Below, in pieces: positions 14,562 through 30,499 of a stretch of DNA of 64,000 nucleotides (positions within the stretch are counted from its first letter, which is position 1; every line of letters starts with the position of its first letter). A program made the translations under genes and the position numbers. The stretch is from Octopus vulgaris (lineage: Eukaryota), in the NCBI GenBank assembly GCA_951406725.2, contig OX597829.1, forward strand, positions 14,446,001-14,510,000, read 5' to 3'. Under the pieces are notes generated by a model. The model was not told where the DNA came from, searched no databases, and saw only the letters and a program-made list of their open reading frames with translations.

Positions 14562-14945
14562 GGTGGCTAGCTGGCAGAATCGTTATCGCGACGGATTAAT
14601 TACTTCGCGGAATGTCTTCCGGCTCTTTCGTTTTAAGTTCAAATTCCACCGATGTCGACTTTGCTTTTCATCCTTTCGGAGGGGGGGGGGTCGATAAAAA
14701 AATATAAGCTAGTAAAGTGCCGGGATCGATGGAAATCGACCAGCTTCCTCTGTGTTAGCAGCAAGGGTTGTTATAAATGTCCTTCTGACTTCACCATCAG
14801 AGATCAAATTCCGTCGATGTCGACTTTGCCTTTCATGCTTTCGGAGTCAATGAAGTAAATATCAGTTAAGCTCTGGATTCGAAGTTATCGATTAGACCAA
14901 TCCCCACAAAATTTCAGGCCTTGTGCCAAGATTGTAAAGAATTAT
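14562..14945 (+). mobile_element. Two SINE B copies (Meta-like core)
   Basis: gttcaaattccaccgatgtcgactttgcttttcatcctttcgg; the core is repeated at 14805-14860. Confidence 0.75.
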
Positions 14946-15275
14946 TTCCATTGTTGTCAGTAGATTTGTTGCTGGACTTGTTTTTAATGTTGTTGTTGCT
15001 GTTGTTGCTCTTAACTTTTCGTCCATTGTTGTAGTTGTTATTATCAATTATTAAATATTAATTATTTATTATTAATTAATAAAGTACTGCAGTATATGCT
15101 TTGCTACATGTGTCAAATAGATAAACTTTCGGCACTTATCCTATATCTGCATCTAAATCTATCGATCATCTTCATCCATCCATCCATCCATCCATCCATC
15201 CATCCGTCCGTCCGTTCGTCCGTCCGTCCGTCCGCTCGTCCGTCTATCTATCTATCTTCCTGTCTATCTGTCTCT

Positions 15276-15483
<208 letters not shown>

Positions 15484-15789
15484 GTGTCTGCTTGTCTGTC
15501 TGTCTACACACGCACAGGCATATTCACGCACACATACATATATATAGACGCATGGCTCTGCGGTAAGAATATTGCTTCCTAACTCCATGGTTCTAGGTGT
15601 AGTTCCACTGCGTAGACTTTGTAGGCGGAAACTGAAAGAAGCGCACCCCCCACATATATATATATATGAGTGTGTGTGTGTGTGTGTATATATAATGCAC
15701 ACATCAGTAGCATCCATCTATACATACACAAACATATATAAATATATATACACACATACAAATATGTATGTATGTACGTATCGAAAGTT

Positions 15790-16120
15790 ATACCAGTACC
15801 TAAATGAGACGTCACTACATCGTTCCAGTGGTCTCAAGAGCAGCTAGAATAAGGACCAGATTCTGCAATAGCTTGGAAATGGACAGTATAAAGCTATTTT
15901 AATATCTTAACAACGATAAAAAAATTCTGAGGGTTGATGTTTTCAAGAAAGAACTTGCTGCCAAAGTTCGCAGATGAACCTACATCTCGGCAAGAAACTC
16001 AAAAGAAGACAGCAATATGAAACACTCTATTTCTCCAAAAGCCAAAAGTGCAAGAACGGCCATTGAAAAGGCGATGACTCCAGCACGGACACAGCCTTAG
16101 GACTGAAACACATAAGAGAT
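15790..16120 (+). mobile_element. CR1/L2-like LINE 3' end, degenerate
   Basis: Translates to RHYIVP..RIRTRFCNSL..VDVFKKEL..DEPTSRQE, matching the 39575-40006 ORF; tail ctccagcacggacacagccttaggactgaaac. Confidence 0.75.
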
Positions 16121-16165
16121 ATATGTATACCTGTGTATGTGTGTGAATATATATATGTACATACG

Positions 16166-16196
<31 letters not shown>

Positions 16197-16494
16197 GATA
16201 AACTATGTTACACTGCCTGTCTTTCTGTCTACGTACACATTTATACACACATATATACATGCTAAAATATTAACACACCAAAGAACTTGTACACCTAACA
16301 ATCTACACACCTAGCTATCTACACACCTACCTAACAACCTTTTTATCAATGAAGGTCCAAGTTCTGTTTATCTAGGTCTGCCTTTCACATTCATCTATCA
16401 TTTATGCTGTAAGCATCTCACACCTTACTCACCTACTTAAGTTCATCCTATCAGCAGCATCCGTCTATGAAAGCCAGCAGCCAGGCACCAACAT

Positions 16495-16564
<70 letters not shown>

Positions 16565-16743
16565 CTGTACCATCCATCTATGAAATCCAGTAAGCAGGCA
16601 ACCGTCATATATACATAAGCATTACATGCATACATACATATCTACACACACATACACATATCTATATCTTTAAACATTTGGATACATATTCATACATACA
16701 CACATATGCACACATTTACATACATACACACACAAACACATAT

Positions 16744-16788
<45 letters not shown>

Positions 16789-16911
16789 TACACATGCCTA
16801 TATACATACGTATATACACAAACATATGACCATCCATGCATACCTACATGGATAGTTATGGACGCACATACATACAATCAAATACGCATGTACAAAGACG
16901 TATATTCGTGA

Positions 16912-17028
<117 letters not shown>

Positions 17029-17272
17029 AGTATATTGTAAACTCGTTATCCCGAGTGGATAAGAAAATTAACTTGCCAGTACATGTTGTGATTGTGAGTG
17101 TGTATATATATAATATATTTGTTGCCTTGTGTGCGTATGTAGGTGTGCGTGCACACACACTTATAAACATTTATACACGCGCACAAACACACGCACCAAT
17201 ATGTACGTATACACATACGCACATGTGTATATATGTGTGTGTGTATATATATATATATATACATTATATATA

Positions 17273-17333
<61 letters not shown>

Positions 17334-17601
17334 GAATATATACTTTATCTTTTACCTGTTTCAGTCACTAGTCTGCGGCCATGCTGGAGCACCGCTTTAA
17401 AGCGTTTAGTCGAAGAAAGGGACCCAAGTACTGGTTTTATTTGTAAATGTGATATTTAATCGATGGTCACAATTGTCGAAACGCTAGCTATCAGGAACAC
17501 AATCAAACCAGCACCAGTTGCGTTGTGAGTGGGGAAATGCAAACGGACGGGAAGATACACATCCACTTTCTCAGACTCACTTGCACAAGCACATATATAA
17601 T

Positions 17602-17660
<59 letters not shown>

Positions 17661-17846
17661 AGAAATGCATGCACGCACACACACACATATTGAGAGAAAG
17701 CGAATGAGAAAAAGATGCTTGAGGGAATGGATCTCTGTGGTACTAATGTTTATGTATATAATCATGTATGTATATATGTATGTATATATGCATGCAAGTA
17801 TATGTCTGTCTATCTCATCTATCTGTGTCATCTATCTATCTGTCTG

Positions 17847-17909
<63 letters not shown>

Positions 17910-18446
17910 GTCTATCTGTCTGTCTGTCTGTCTGTCTGTCATTCTGTCTGTCACTCTGTCTTTCTCATCTATCTATCTATCCATCCATCCATCCATCCAT
18001 CTCCATAGTAGGGTCGATTTGTTCGATCAACACCCTCCAAAGAGACGCTCCCGCATGGCTGCAGTCTAATAACTGAAACAAGTAAATGATAAAAGATAAT
18101 ATTTACCTGTACAGACATGCTTCCTCTCTACGTTCTCCTTATAAGCTAAAATATATCGCTGTGTGTGTGTGTGGGTGCGCGTGTGCATGTAAGTGTGAAT
18201 GTATATCTGCGTGTGTTGTAGCTTGTTTTTAGAGATACTTATTGTTTTTACCTCTGTCTTATACTTTCTTCACTCATTGGACTGCGGCCATGCTGGCTCA
18301 TCACCTCAAAAATTTTTTAGTGGAACGAATCGACTCCAGTTCGTATGCATTAAAAAAAAAAAAAAAACTAAATCTAGTTCTTAGATCATCGTAACCTTTC
18401 GCCGATTCGCTCTAAGTACAAGGAAGTAATCAAACCAACGCTGGTT

Positions 18447-18606
18447 AGTTCAAATTTCGCCGAGGTCGACTTTGCCATTCATCCTTTCGGGGTCGATTAA
18501 ATAAGTACCAGTTATGCACTGGGGTCGATGTAATCGACTTAATCCGTTTGTCTGTCCTTGTTTGTCCTCTCTGTGTTTAGCCCCACGTGGGTAGTAAAGA
18601 AATAGG
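18447..18606 (+). mobile_element. SINE B 3' half
   Basis: gttcaaatttcgccgaggtcgactttgccattcatcctttcggggtcgattaaataagtaccag...gtgggtagtaaagaaatagg. Confidence 0.85.
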
Positions 18607-18649
18607 TTGTCAAGCTGTGGTAGGTGGCAATCACACACATAAACGGGCA

Positions 18650-19256
18650 CTTGCTCTTAGCTGTGGCCACTGCGTAGTGTCAAGTTAAGAGCATAGCTTG
18701 AAGCAGTTCAACCGCACCATGTTAAGATGACCTCCACTATGTAGCTGATGAATCACTTGGAGAAGCTGAAAAAGGCACATCTTTAATCTCTGGAACGAAG
18801 ATGTGATAGATATGTAATAATTTGCACGCAGAAAATTCTGGAAGGGGTTGTGCCTTACTTTGGCGCCAAGAGTTATACAAATACCTGTACAAGATGTCAT
18901 TACGTAGTACTAAAGGTATCATACACTCCATCTAAAGTGAAGACCAGATACTGCAACAGATTAGACTTCAAAGGCCTACAGTTCTCCAATGTTCTGCCAA
19001 AATAATTAAGAAACCTACAAAACGTAGATAGCTATGGATGTCATAAAAAAGGAATTGGACATCCTCTTATCCACGAAACGAGATGAAACAACATCGTGGC
19101 GTAAAATACTGACGTGGGCACCTGTGTCAAGCTCCTTCATGCACTAAATAAACCAACAATCAGGAAAGAAAAAGCACATACAAGAGTATGATATGAAAGG
19201 GTACAAAAGCAGTGGTGCTCTAGCATGAACACATGGTAGAAACTAATGAAAGAAAT
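18650..19256 (+). mobile_element. CR1/L2-like LINE 3' fragment, degenerate
   Basis: LWPLRSVKL..LEAVQ..SLERRCDRYVIICTQKILEG aligns by eye with [34 protein letters not shown]; tail ggtgctctagcatg. Confidence 0.75.
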
Positions 19257-19264
19257 AATAATAT

Positions 19265-19860
19265 TCCTTTCTATAATACACACGAGGCCTGAAATTTGTG
19301 GGGAGGGATAAGCCGTTCATATCGACCTCAGTACTTGACTGGTACTTAATTTATCGACCTCGAAAGGATGAAAGGCAAAGTCGTCCTCGGCGGAATTTGA
19401 ACTCAGAACGTAACGGCAGACGAAATACGGCTACGCATTTCGCCCGGTGTGCTAACGTTCCTGCCAGCTCATCGCCTTAATATTATTATTATTAATAATT
19501 ATAATCTTTTCTACTCTAGGCACAAGGCCCGAAATTTTTGGCGATGGGGGCCAGTCGATTAGATCGATCTCAGTACACAACTGGTACTTAATTTATCGAT
19601 TCCCGAAAGGAGGATAGGCAAAGTCGACCTCGGCGGAATTTGAACTGAGAACGTAAAGACAGTCGAAATACCGCTAGCCATTTTGCCCGGCGTGCTAACG
19701 ATTCTGTCAGCTCGCCATCTTAATATTAATAATAATACAAGGTCAGTAAGGTCGTGGGAAGCGGGGGCCAGTTGAATACATCGACCCCAGTGAGATTAAC
19801 TGATATTTATTTTATCGATCCCCAAAAGGATGAAAGGTAAAGTCTACCTAGGCGGAGTTC
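19265..19860 (-). mobile_element. Head-to-tail array of three SINE B copies
   Basis: Repeated aggatgaaaggcaaagtcgacctcggcggaatttgaactcagaacgta units separated by (TAA)n-like tracts. Confidence 0.85.
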
Positions 19861-20337
19861 TTTCACTTTCAACCTTCCTAATACACTCAAAAAGCTTTGT
19901 TCGATTCGAAAGTGCAGCAGAAGACACTTGCACAAGATGAGGCACACTGGAATCGTGTGTGTGTATGTATGTATGTGCATGTCTGTTTGTGTGTGTGTGT
20001 GTGCATGTGTGTGTGTAAGCGCAGGTGTGCCTGTTTGGTTGAAACGCTTGCTTCCGAATCATGCGGTTTTGGTTTCAGTCCCACTACTCAGAATATTGGG
20101 CAAGCGTCTTCAACTATAGCCCCGAGCCGACTAAAGAAACTACCCCCTGCGCGTGCGAGTGTATATTTGTCACTCACTAAACACCATGAGAGCAGGTGTT
20201 ATGTTTGTTTTACCCCCATAACATTGCGGTTCGGTGTAAGTACCAGACTTAGAAAGTAAAGCAATTTGTACCAAGACGCGATCTATTCGACTCAGATTTT
20301 CAAGGTGTACCTAGATATGGCCGCTTACATATATATA

Positions 20338-20500
20338 CGCGTAGGAGTGGTTGTGTGGTAAGTAGCTTGCTTACCAACCACATGTTTCCGGGTTCAGTCC
20401 CACTGCGTGGCACTTTGGCCAAGTGTCTTCTACTATAGCCTCGGGCCGACCAAAGCCTTGTGAGTGGATATTGTAGACGGAAACTCAAAGAAGCCCGTCG

Positions 20501-20565
<65 letters not shown>

Positions 20566-20775
20566 TTGTTGCTTGTGTCTGTATTTGTCCACCCCGCCAC
20601 CGCTTGACAACCGATGCTGGTGTTTTTACGTCCCCCGAACCCTTGCGGTTCGGCAAAAGAGAACTGATAGAATAAGTACTTGGATTACAAAGAATAAGTT
20701 CTGGGGTCGATCTATTCGACAAAAAGGTGGTGCTCCAGCATGGCCGCAGTCAAATGACTGAAACAAGTAAAAGAA
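20338..20775 (+). mobile_element. SINE A, full length (preceded by a degenerate copy at 20020-20330)
   Basis: Near-consensus head, internal (TA)n(TG)n and tail. Confidence 0.9.
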
Positions 20776-21607
20776 TATATATATATATTTATATGTGTGT
20801 GAGAGCGTGTGTGCGTGCGCATAAAAAACACACACACATACACACATATGTATATATATATATATCTGTCTCTCTCACACATACTCTCTCTTCATCTCTC
20901 ACCATACACACACTCACACACACACACTTACACAGAGAGGTGTGTGTATGTTTTGTGTTCGTAGTATAACATCTCTTTCTCTCTCTCATACACGCCCGCC
21001 CGCCCGCGCGCACATACACACACACATTCTGTATACTAGCAGTTTATACTCCAAACTCTCTCTCTCTAACACCAACAACAAACTCACATCAATAATACAG
21101 TACAATACAGTACAGGGCCCCCTACCTGCTTAGCTCTCCTCTAACCCTCACCCAGCACAGTACACAACCTCCTACCTGCTCTATTATCCTCCTCTAACCC
21201 CGTACTCTTTCCGTGAATGCTTTCATAATATGGCGGCTTCTACTAGCGTCAAATTTCTGTCGCAGTTTTATACACCTTACATTGATTCTCCGGCTTTTTG
21301 CTGGAGCTGTTGGTGTTGGGTGTTGTTGGTGTTAGGGCTGTTGATGTTGTTGTCTTAATAAGCTCATTGTTAGTATTGGTAGTTGTAGATAGATAGATTG
21401 AAGCTTTAGGTAGCTATGTGTGTGTATGTGTGTGTGTATATATATATATGTATATGTAGGTAGGTAGATATTTATTTATGCATGTAAGTTTGGTGGTGCT
21501 GTTGCTGGCATTGTTGTTGATGTTTGGTGTTGTCTTAATCGACTCATTGTTAGCGTATTGGTAGTTGTAGATAGATAGATAGAAGAGGTAGCTAGATAGG
21601 TCTAAAC

Positions 21608-21687
<80 letters not shown>

Positions 21688-21940
21688 GCGTGTATAGGTA
21701 GGTAGGAAGGTAGGTAACTTAGTAGGTGAATAACAGGAGGGAAAAACAGCTATTTAGGCAGTTGTGTAGGTTCCTTGGAAAATAGGGAGACTATGGAAGC
21801 TAATTAGATAGGTATGTAGGTAGGTGAGTATGTATGCATTTTGTATGTGTGTATGTATGAATTTATGTATGTATATATGTGTGCATACACATAGGTAGGT
21901 GGGTAGGTAGGAGAATATTAGGTATGCTTTCTTTTCTTAA

Positions 21941-23672
<1,732 letters not shown>

Positions 23673-24482
23673 GCAGGTCGGTCGGTCGGTCGGTAGATAT
23701 CTTGACAGGTAATCATGTAACTTGAAAGTCGGATAGATAGGTAAATAAGAAAATAGGGTGGGCATGTGTGCCTATAGGCGCGTTAGTACGTAGAAGGGAG
23801 AGTGGTGTGTATGTAACTAGCTACATACATATGTAGTTGTGCAAGTATATAGGTAGCAAGATGAGTTGGCAGATAGCTAGATTGTTAAAGCTGTTGGTAC
23901 ATAGGTTGTTATGTGAGTAGGAAACAAGATACTTAGGGCAAGATTGTGGTTATGCACGAACGTAGAAGGGAGATGGATAGACGGACAGGTAAATAGAGAG
24001 GCAGATAGATAGGTAAATGGGTGGATAGGCAGATTGCCTCTATTGGACATATCGACACAAATGACAACTTTGTTGACAAATTTACTGAGTGTGCTAAAAG
24101 CAGGGATAGTGGGTGGCGATGGCAGCAGTAGTGTTTCATTTGGTGATGATAATGTTGATGATAATGTTGATGATAGTAACAATGGACTCTCCTGTCGACG
24201 ACGATGTATGTGCGTTCAGCTTTTGCCGAAAGACCTGCACAAACGATTTGTTTATGATACTCAAATATACGTATTGTTCATTAGCTCACTCTGTCCGTCA
24301 GATCGACATTGTATGAACGGGTGCACCGTGTATTACGCGTCAGGTGATCGCAGAGCAACGTGAGATGATGTGTTTTGCTCACACGGTCCAGGAACTGAAA
24401 CCACGAGCTACCGATCGTGAAATCTCGATTTAATCCCAGGGCCATGAGCCCTAAATAATAATAATAATAATTATGATAATAA

Positions 24483-24695
24483 TCCTTTTTACTAAAGGCT
24501 CTAGCCCTGAAGTTTGGGCGGAGGAGATAAGTCGATATTATCGACCCCAGCGTTTAACTGGTATTTATTTTATTAATGCCGAAAGGATGAAAGGCAAAGT
24601 CTATATTTGAGGAATTTGAACTTAGAACGTGAAGACGGACGAAATGTCGCTCAACATTTTACCCGGCGCCGTAAAGATTCTGCCTGTACACTGCT
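24483..24695 (-). mobile_element. SINE B
   Basis: gaaaggatgaaaggcaaagtc core with (TAA)n on both sides. Confidence 0.75.
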
Positions 24696-24749
24696 ATAAT
24701 AATAATAATAATAATAATAACAATCTTTTACTCTTTTACACAATCTTTT

Positions 24750-24975
24750 ACACACCAGCATCGGTTGTCAAGCAATATTGGGGGGACAAACACGGACACA
24801 CACACACACATGCATTTTTGCGACGGGCTTCTTTCAGTTTCCGTCAACCAAATCCACTCACAAGGTTTTGGTAGGCCCGAGGCTACAGCGGAAAACACTA
24901 GCTCAAGGTGCACGCAGTGGGACTGAACCCGGAATCATGTGGTTGGTAAGCAAGCTACTTACCACACAGCCACAA
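24750..24975 (-). mobile_element. SINE A 5' half
   Basis: caccagcatcggttgtcaag...caagctacttaccacacagccac. Confidence 0.85.
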
Positions 24976-25347
24976 ATAATAATAATAATAATAATAATTG
25001 TCGTAGTGGTGATAGTAAGCGTTGTTGCTGGCGGTGGTTATGGTGTTGTTGGGTGACGATGATGATAATAACGATCATTGCAGTCGTAGTGTATATTTGT
25101 TGGTGATGGTGTTTGTGATGGCGGCTGTGGAGGTGGTAAAGGTGTTGTTCATATTGTTGTTGTTGTTGGCGGCGGCGGGGGTGGTTGTTCCGGTTATGAG
25201 GATCACTGCACCAATCAACATCAATATTGATTGCAGACACCAACCCCAACCCCCACACGTTCATCATCACCATCAACACCATTCAGCTATTGTAGTAACG
25301 ATAATGAGTACAGTTCAATAACAGGACTTTACTGACCAGCATAAACA

Positions 25348-25403
<56 letters not shown>

Positions 25404-25495
25404 CATATATATATGCATATGCGCGCACACACACAGATACGCATGCGCTCACACACACACATATATATATATATGCACACACAAACACACATTTA

Positions 25496-25554
<59 letters not shown>

Positions 25555-25579
25555 GATACCTATTATATATGTACGTATA

Positions 25580-25985
25580 CTCTTTTATTGGCTTCAGTTA
25601 TTTGACAGCGGCCATGCTAGAGTAATGCCTGAAAGGTTTTAGCCATGAAAATCGATCGTGGACTTCTTTTTTAAAACCTAGTACTTATTCTATTATTCTG
25701 TTACGCATAACTGCTAGGTTACAGGGACGTAAACACACCTACACCAGTTGCCGAGTGGTGATGGGGTGGAGGAAAACACAGACGCGAAGGCACACACGCG
25801 CGCGCGTACACACACACACACGCACATATGTATAGGATGACTTCTTTCAGTTTCCGTTTACCAAATCTACTCACAAGGCTTTGTTCGGCCCGAGAACACA
25901 CTTGCCTAAGGTGCCACGTAGTGAGACTGAACCCGGAACCATGTGCTAGGGAAGGAAGCTTCTTACCACACAACCACGCCTGCAC
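25580..25985 (-). mobile_element. SINE A
   Basis: Reverse complement of the family consensus. Confidence 0.8.
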
Positions 25986-26212
25986 ATATAACATATAATA
26001 CATATGTTAATTATATATGAATATATTTATGTATTTTATCTAATATATATATATCTAAAAATTCACAAATGAATGCATGTTATCCATTGTATATATGCAC
26101 ATATATATATATAGGCATATGCATATATGCACACATATATATGCATATAAATATATATATAGACCTATATATCTATATATATATATATATATAAGCATAT
26201 ATATATATATAT

Positions 26213-26274
<62 letters not shown>

Positions 26275-26311
26275 AAATGCTTATATAGGCATATATGCAT
26301 ATATACAGGCG

Positions 26312-26350
<39 letters not shown>

Positions 26351-26485
26351 ACATGTCTATATATATATGTATACATATATATGTACCTATGTCTATATAT
26401 GTATACATATATATACATGTCTATATATATATGTATACAAATATATTTCTACAGGCATATATATGTATATATATATAGGCATATA

Positions 26486-26529
<44 letters not shown>

Positions 26530-26802
26530 TATATCTATGTATATATATATATAGAGATATATATATATGTAGATATATATGTATATATGTATATATATAT
26601 ACACACACACAGGCATATATATGTATATATATATATGCATATATATATGTATATATATATATGTATATATATATAGGCATATATCTATGTATATATATAG
26701 GCACATTATATGTATGTATGTATATATATATAGGCATATATATATATATAGGCATATATCTATGTATATATAGGTATATATCTATGTATATATAGGCACA
26801 TA

Positions 26803-27277
<475 letters not shown>

Positions 27278-27658
27278 TAGGCTGTGGTGGGCACAACTAA
27301 ATAAAATGTTAGCTTCGTTAACGGCTTAAAAGGTTAAAAACCAAAAAAGCCGGATCTAACGCTAACTGATAGCTGCTAACTTTTATTATATGAATTTAGT
27401 TTCGCTTTGTTTTTTGGTGGGGCTCTAAATCCCCTAAAAGCAAACCTAGAGAGCTGAAATTTTCATGTAGCTTAGACATAGAACTTTCCAAAATGGTATA
27501 GCATGCGAAGATCAGATGATGATCAAGCTGTACGCAGATAATTAAATGAACAAATGGAATTAAACATTAGTTTCTCAGCCAACGTGTACTTTATTTACTG
27601 CACAAAAAGCATTAAATGAATCAAACAGGTATTATATAGCATGGGTCCCATGCATAGA

Positions 27659-29102
27659 TCAGATGATGATCAAGCTGTACTTTGCCATCGACTCGACGTG
27701 ATGCTGGTAGCCCTTCATAAACATCAGCCAGTCAAAGTTGCTATCTGATAGGGTGGGTCTATTGGCCCTCAAAATATCTTTGCCTATAGAGAATATGCGC
27801 CCAACTGCAGCACTGAATGGGGTGGCGTTGTTATACTTGGTGAACAAGTCGATCAAAACCTGCTCACATAAAAAGACAACTTCAGTTAGAACCTCCTTCG
27901 AGACGGCCTACAGTCAGCTCTTCTCTAAGCTCTGCGCCTTGGATTTCAGTGACCTGTGGCCGCTGCTCTCCCGAAGCTGAGTGATGTTGCTGAAGCAAAC
28001 ATCTTCCTCATTCTCATCGCTGGTGGTACTGCTGCCCTCCTCAGTGGTCTCCATTAGGGCTGTCTCTACGACAGTCTCCATGACATTCGTTACTCTGCTA
28101 ACCTGGCTGTTGTTATACTGCTCCAGCCTGAACAGGCGAAACTTGGGATGGAAGGCAGCGGCCAGCTGGTACTCCAGGTCTTCAAGGAGGAGCCCAAACC
28201 TTTTCATGATACCTGTCAGTATCGCGTCTACCAGAAGATATTTGAACTTGGCCTCCTTCAACTTCATGATGGTAGCCGCTACAGTTGGCAGAAGGCTCTC
28301 GAAACAGGCCTGATCCTCCCCGTAGATTTTATCGAAGAACTTAGCAACATTAGACATCACCTGGGCGTACTCCGTTAAGAAGCCGACATCAGAATCAGTG
28401 AAAGTCTGCAGCTTCAGCTGTCTCAACACCCAGTGGGTATTTTCCCTATTCTTCTCCAGTAGGTTGTTGAGGACAACAACAGAGTCATAGGTAGAGTTCC
28501 ATCTAAGGACCACCAGCCTTCTCTTCAACGCGTCCAGAATGCTGTCTGTTGTTACCGTGTTGCGGCTCTGCAGATTCCACAGCCGCAGCCGCTGTGCCTT
28601 GGACATAGCCTTTCTGTAGGCCGACTTGAACGAAGCACTGTCAAGAGCCTTGTCGGCATCCACACTGGCTACCAAGTTGAAGGTATGGGCTGCGCTCTTA
28701 TGTGCACTCAACTTCGTCCTCATCCCCAGCCTCGGGATCCACGTCCAGGCACACATCCTCGAATCCCTCCACGTCTGGATCAGCAGCAGCCTCAGAAATA
28801 TCTGGCAAGAGTTCAACTTCTGTACCAAACTGTATAAATGTCTTAACAAAGGTTTTCTCATTGTCCGTTGTGCTCCTGGTCATCTTGTCTTGCAGATGGA
28901 ACTTGTAACGGGTGTTCACCACGGCCTGGAGGAGAATATCAAAGGTGTGATATCCTCTGAACCGACAGCAGGCTAAGACGGCGTGTTGTCTTGTGGAGGA
29001 GGTCTTGGTGTCCAGCCAGTGTGCCATCATTCCCAGGTTGGAACTGTTGAGGGCCTACCAACAGCCCGGTTGGTCGCCACCCAAGGGACATCTTTGAACG
29101 AT
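27659..29102 (-). pseudogene. hAT transposase catalytic and dimerization domains (frameshifted)
   Basis: LGMMAHWLD..AVLACCRFRGYHTFD; TTDN; AHTFNLVA; RWNSTYDSV; AAAFHPKF; hATC-like LFTKYNNATPFSAAVGRIFS..RPTLSDSNF. Candidate acceptor ttttaaattacAG ending at 29103. Confidence 0.9.
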
Positions 29103-29897
29103 CTGTAATTTAAAAATGTCAAATTATAAAGAGACATAAGTTATAAAGTTAAAAACTTAAAATTATATAAAACAATCAATGTGGGTAGCAGCAATTTAAA
29201 ATCAACAAGGAAATAATTCTGCATCGCTAAGAGTGACAAGGGTGCAGCGAGCAAAAGCATTGCTGGAAATTGGAGTAGTAGACACCTTAGCCACAAAAAG
29301 GCATGGTCTCTTTGTATTGACAGGAGAGAACACCCTCCCCACTGTGAGCGAGATGCATTAGATTAGCATGCTGATTTCGTATAGGAAATTAATACTCATC
29401 AGTAATACTCACTCCATCACAGCTGGTAGAGGCCAACTCACTCCTGTCAATATTATGGAGAATGTCATTGGAATCTGATTGATTTCACAAAATGGCAATG
29501 TGAAAATTATGAAATAATCAAGGTAGCTAGCAGCAATTTAAAACCAAGGAAATAATTCACAGTCACTATATATAAACTTACGCAGAGTATAATCAAGGCC
29601 TACAAAAAAAATTTTAAAAAAGAAAAAAAAGAAAAAAACTAGCCTCTCATTCGCCTCTCCATGCAAGCTGCAATGGAAATTGTGAGCACGTGGTTTGTAC
29701 AATTTTTCGCGGGTAGGAAGGCAGCAGGACATTTGATCGCAGTATCCTATAACCATATTTTGTTTATAGAAATCACACAGACTGTCGTTTAAGAAATATT
29801 GCTTATAATTTAAAGCTTTGTTATTGAACTTAAGATTCGTTTATTCGTTATTACATTAAAAACTGCTGTTTTAGTTGTGTAGACTTAATCATGAGTG

Positions 29898-29945
<48 letters not shown>

Positions 29946-30047
29946 GGAGTAAACACATAAATGTGAAACAAGGTGGAAAAAAGAGTACTCAAATACCAGT
30001 GGTAGAGTAATATGCTTTATTTAAAGCAGCAGAAAATTCAACAAAAC

Positions 30048-30085
30048 CTGTTACTCTGAGTTTCACGTTACCGTTCATCAGACAG
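30048..30085 (-). ncRNA. Minimal type-I hammerhead ribozyme with canonical core
   Basis: Minus strand reads CUGU-CUGAUGA-ACG-GUAA-CGU-GAAA-CUCAGAG-UA^-ACAG: stem I CUGU/ACAG, stem II ACG/CGU, near-palindromic stem III, GUA cleavage triplet. Confidence 0.75.
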
Positions 30086-30094
30086 TTTTTGCTA

Positions 30095-30132
30095 CTGTCC
30101 GATGAACGGCAACGGGAAACTCAGAGTAACAG
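30095..30132 (+). ncRNA. Hammerhead variant (CCGAUGA core), opposite arm
   Basis: ctgt-CCGATGA-acg-gcaa-cgg-GAAA-ctcagag-TA-acag. Confidence 0.55.
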
Positions 30133-30164
30133 GTTTTGTTGAATTTTCTGCTGCTTTAAATAAA

Positions 30165-30216
<52 letters not shown>

Positions 30217-30499
30217 CATTTATTTCAATTAGCCATTATACATTTTATTACATTAATTAAGAAAATAATTATTTCATACATAATTGAATAATTAAATGAA
30301 ATTAAGAGAATTTGAAGTAGGGAAAATATGAAGCACACCGTAATAATAATAATTTAATAATCTTGTATAATTTTAATCTATGAATACCCGGCTAGTGCCA
30401 GCAGTTTGGGAAAGCGCCTAACAATTGCTGAGCTGACGTGCTTTCTTAGTACATGACTGCGACGACTGGCTACGGGTACTGCTATCAGAAGATTGTGTT

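Larger units (their letters stand above)
29945..30170. mobile_element. Palindromic hammerhead-bearing element, family 1, copy 1, inside (TA)n
   Basis: Leader cggagtaaacacataaatgtgaaac...; ~75-bp inverted arms; near-identical copies at 35801 and 49577. Confidence 0.85.

Noticed and set aside
19265-19860. CRISPR-like repeat-spacer array
   Set aside because: Units are ~200-bp SINE copies in a eukaryotic context with no cas genes.
27981-28976. Plus-strand ORFs over the transposase
   Set aside because: Antisense shadows of the GC-rich hAT coding sequence.
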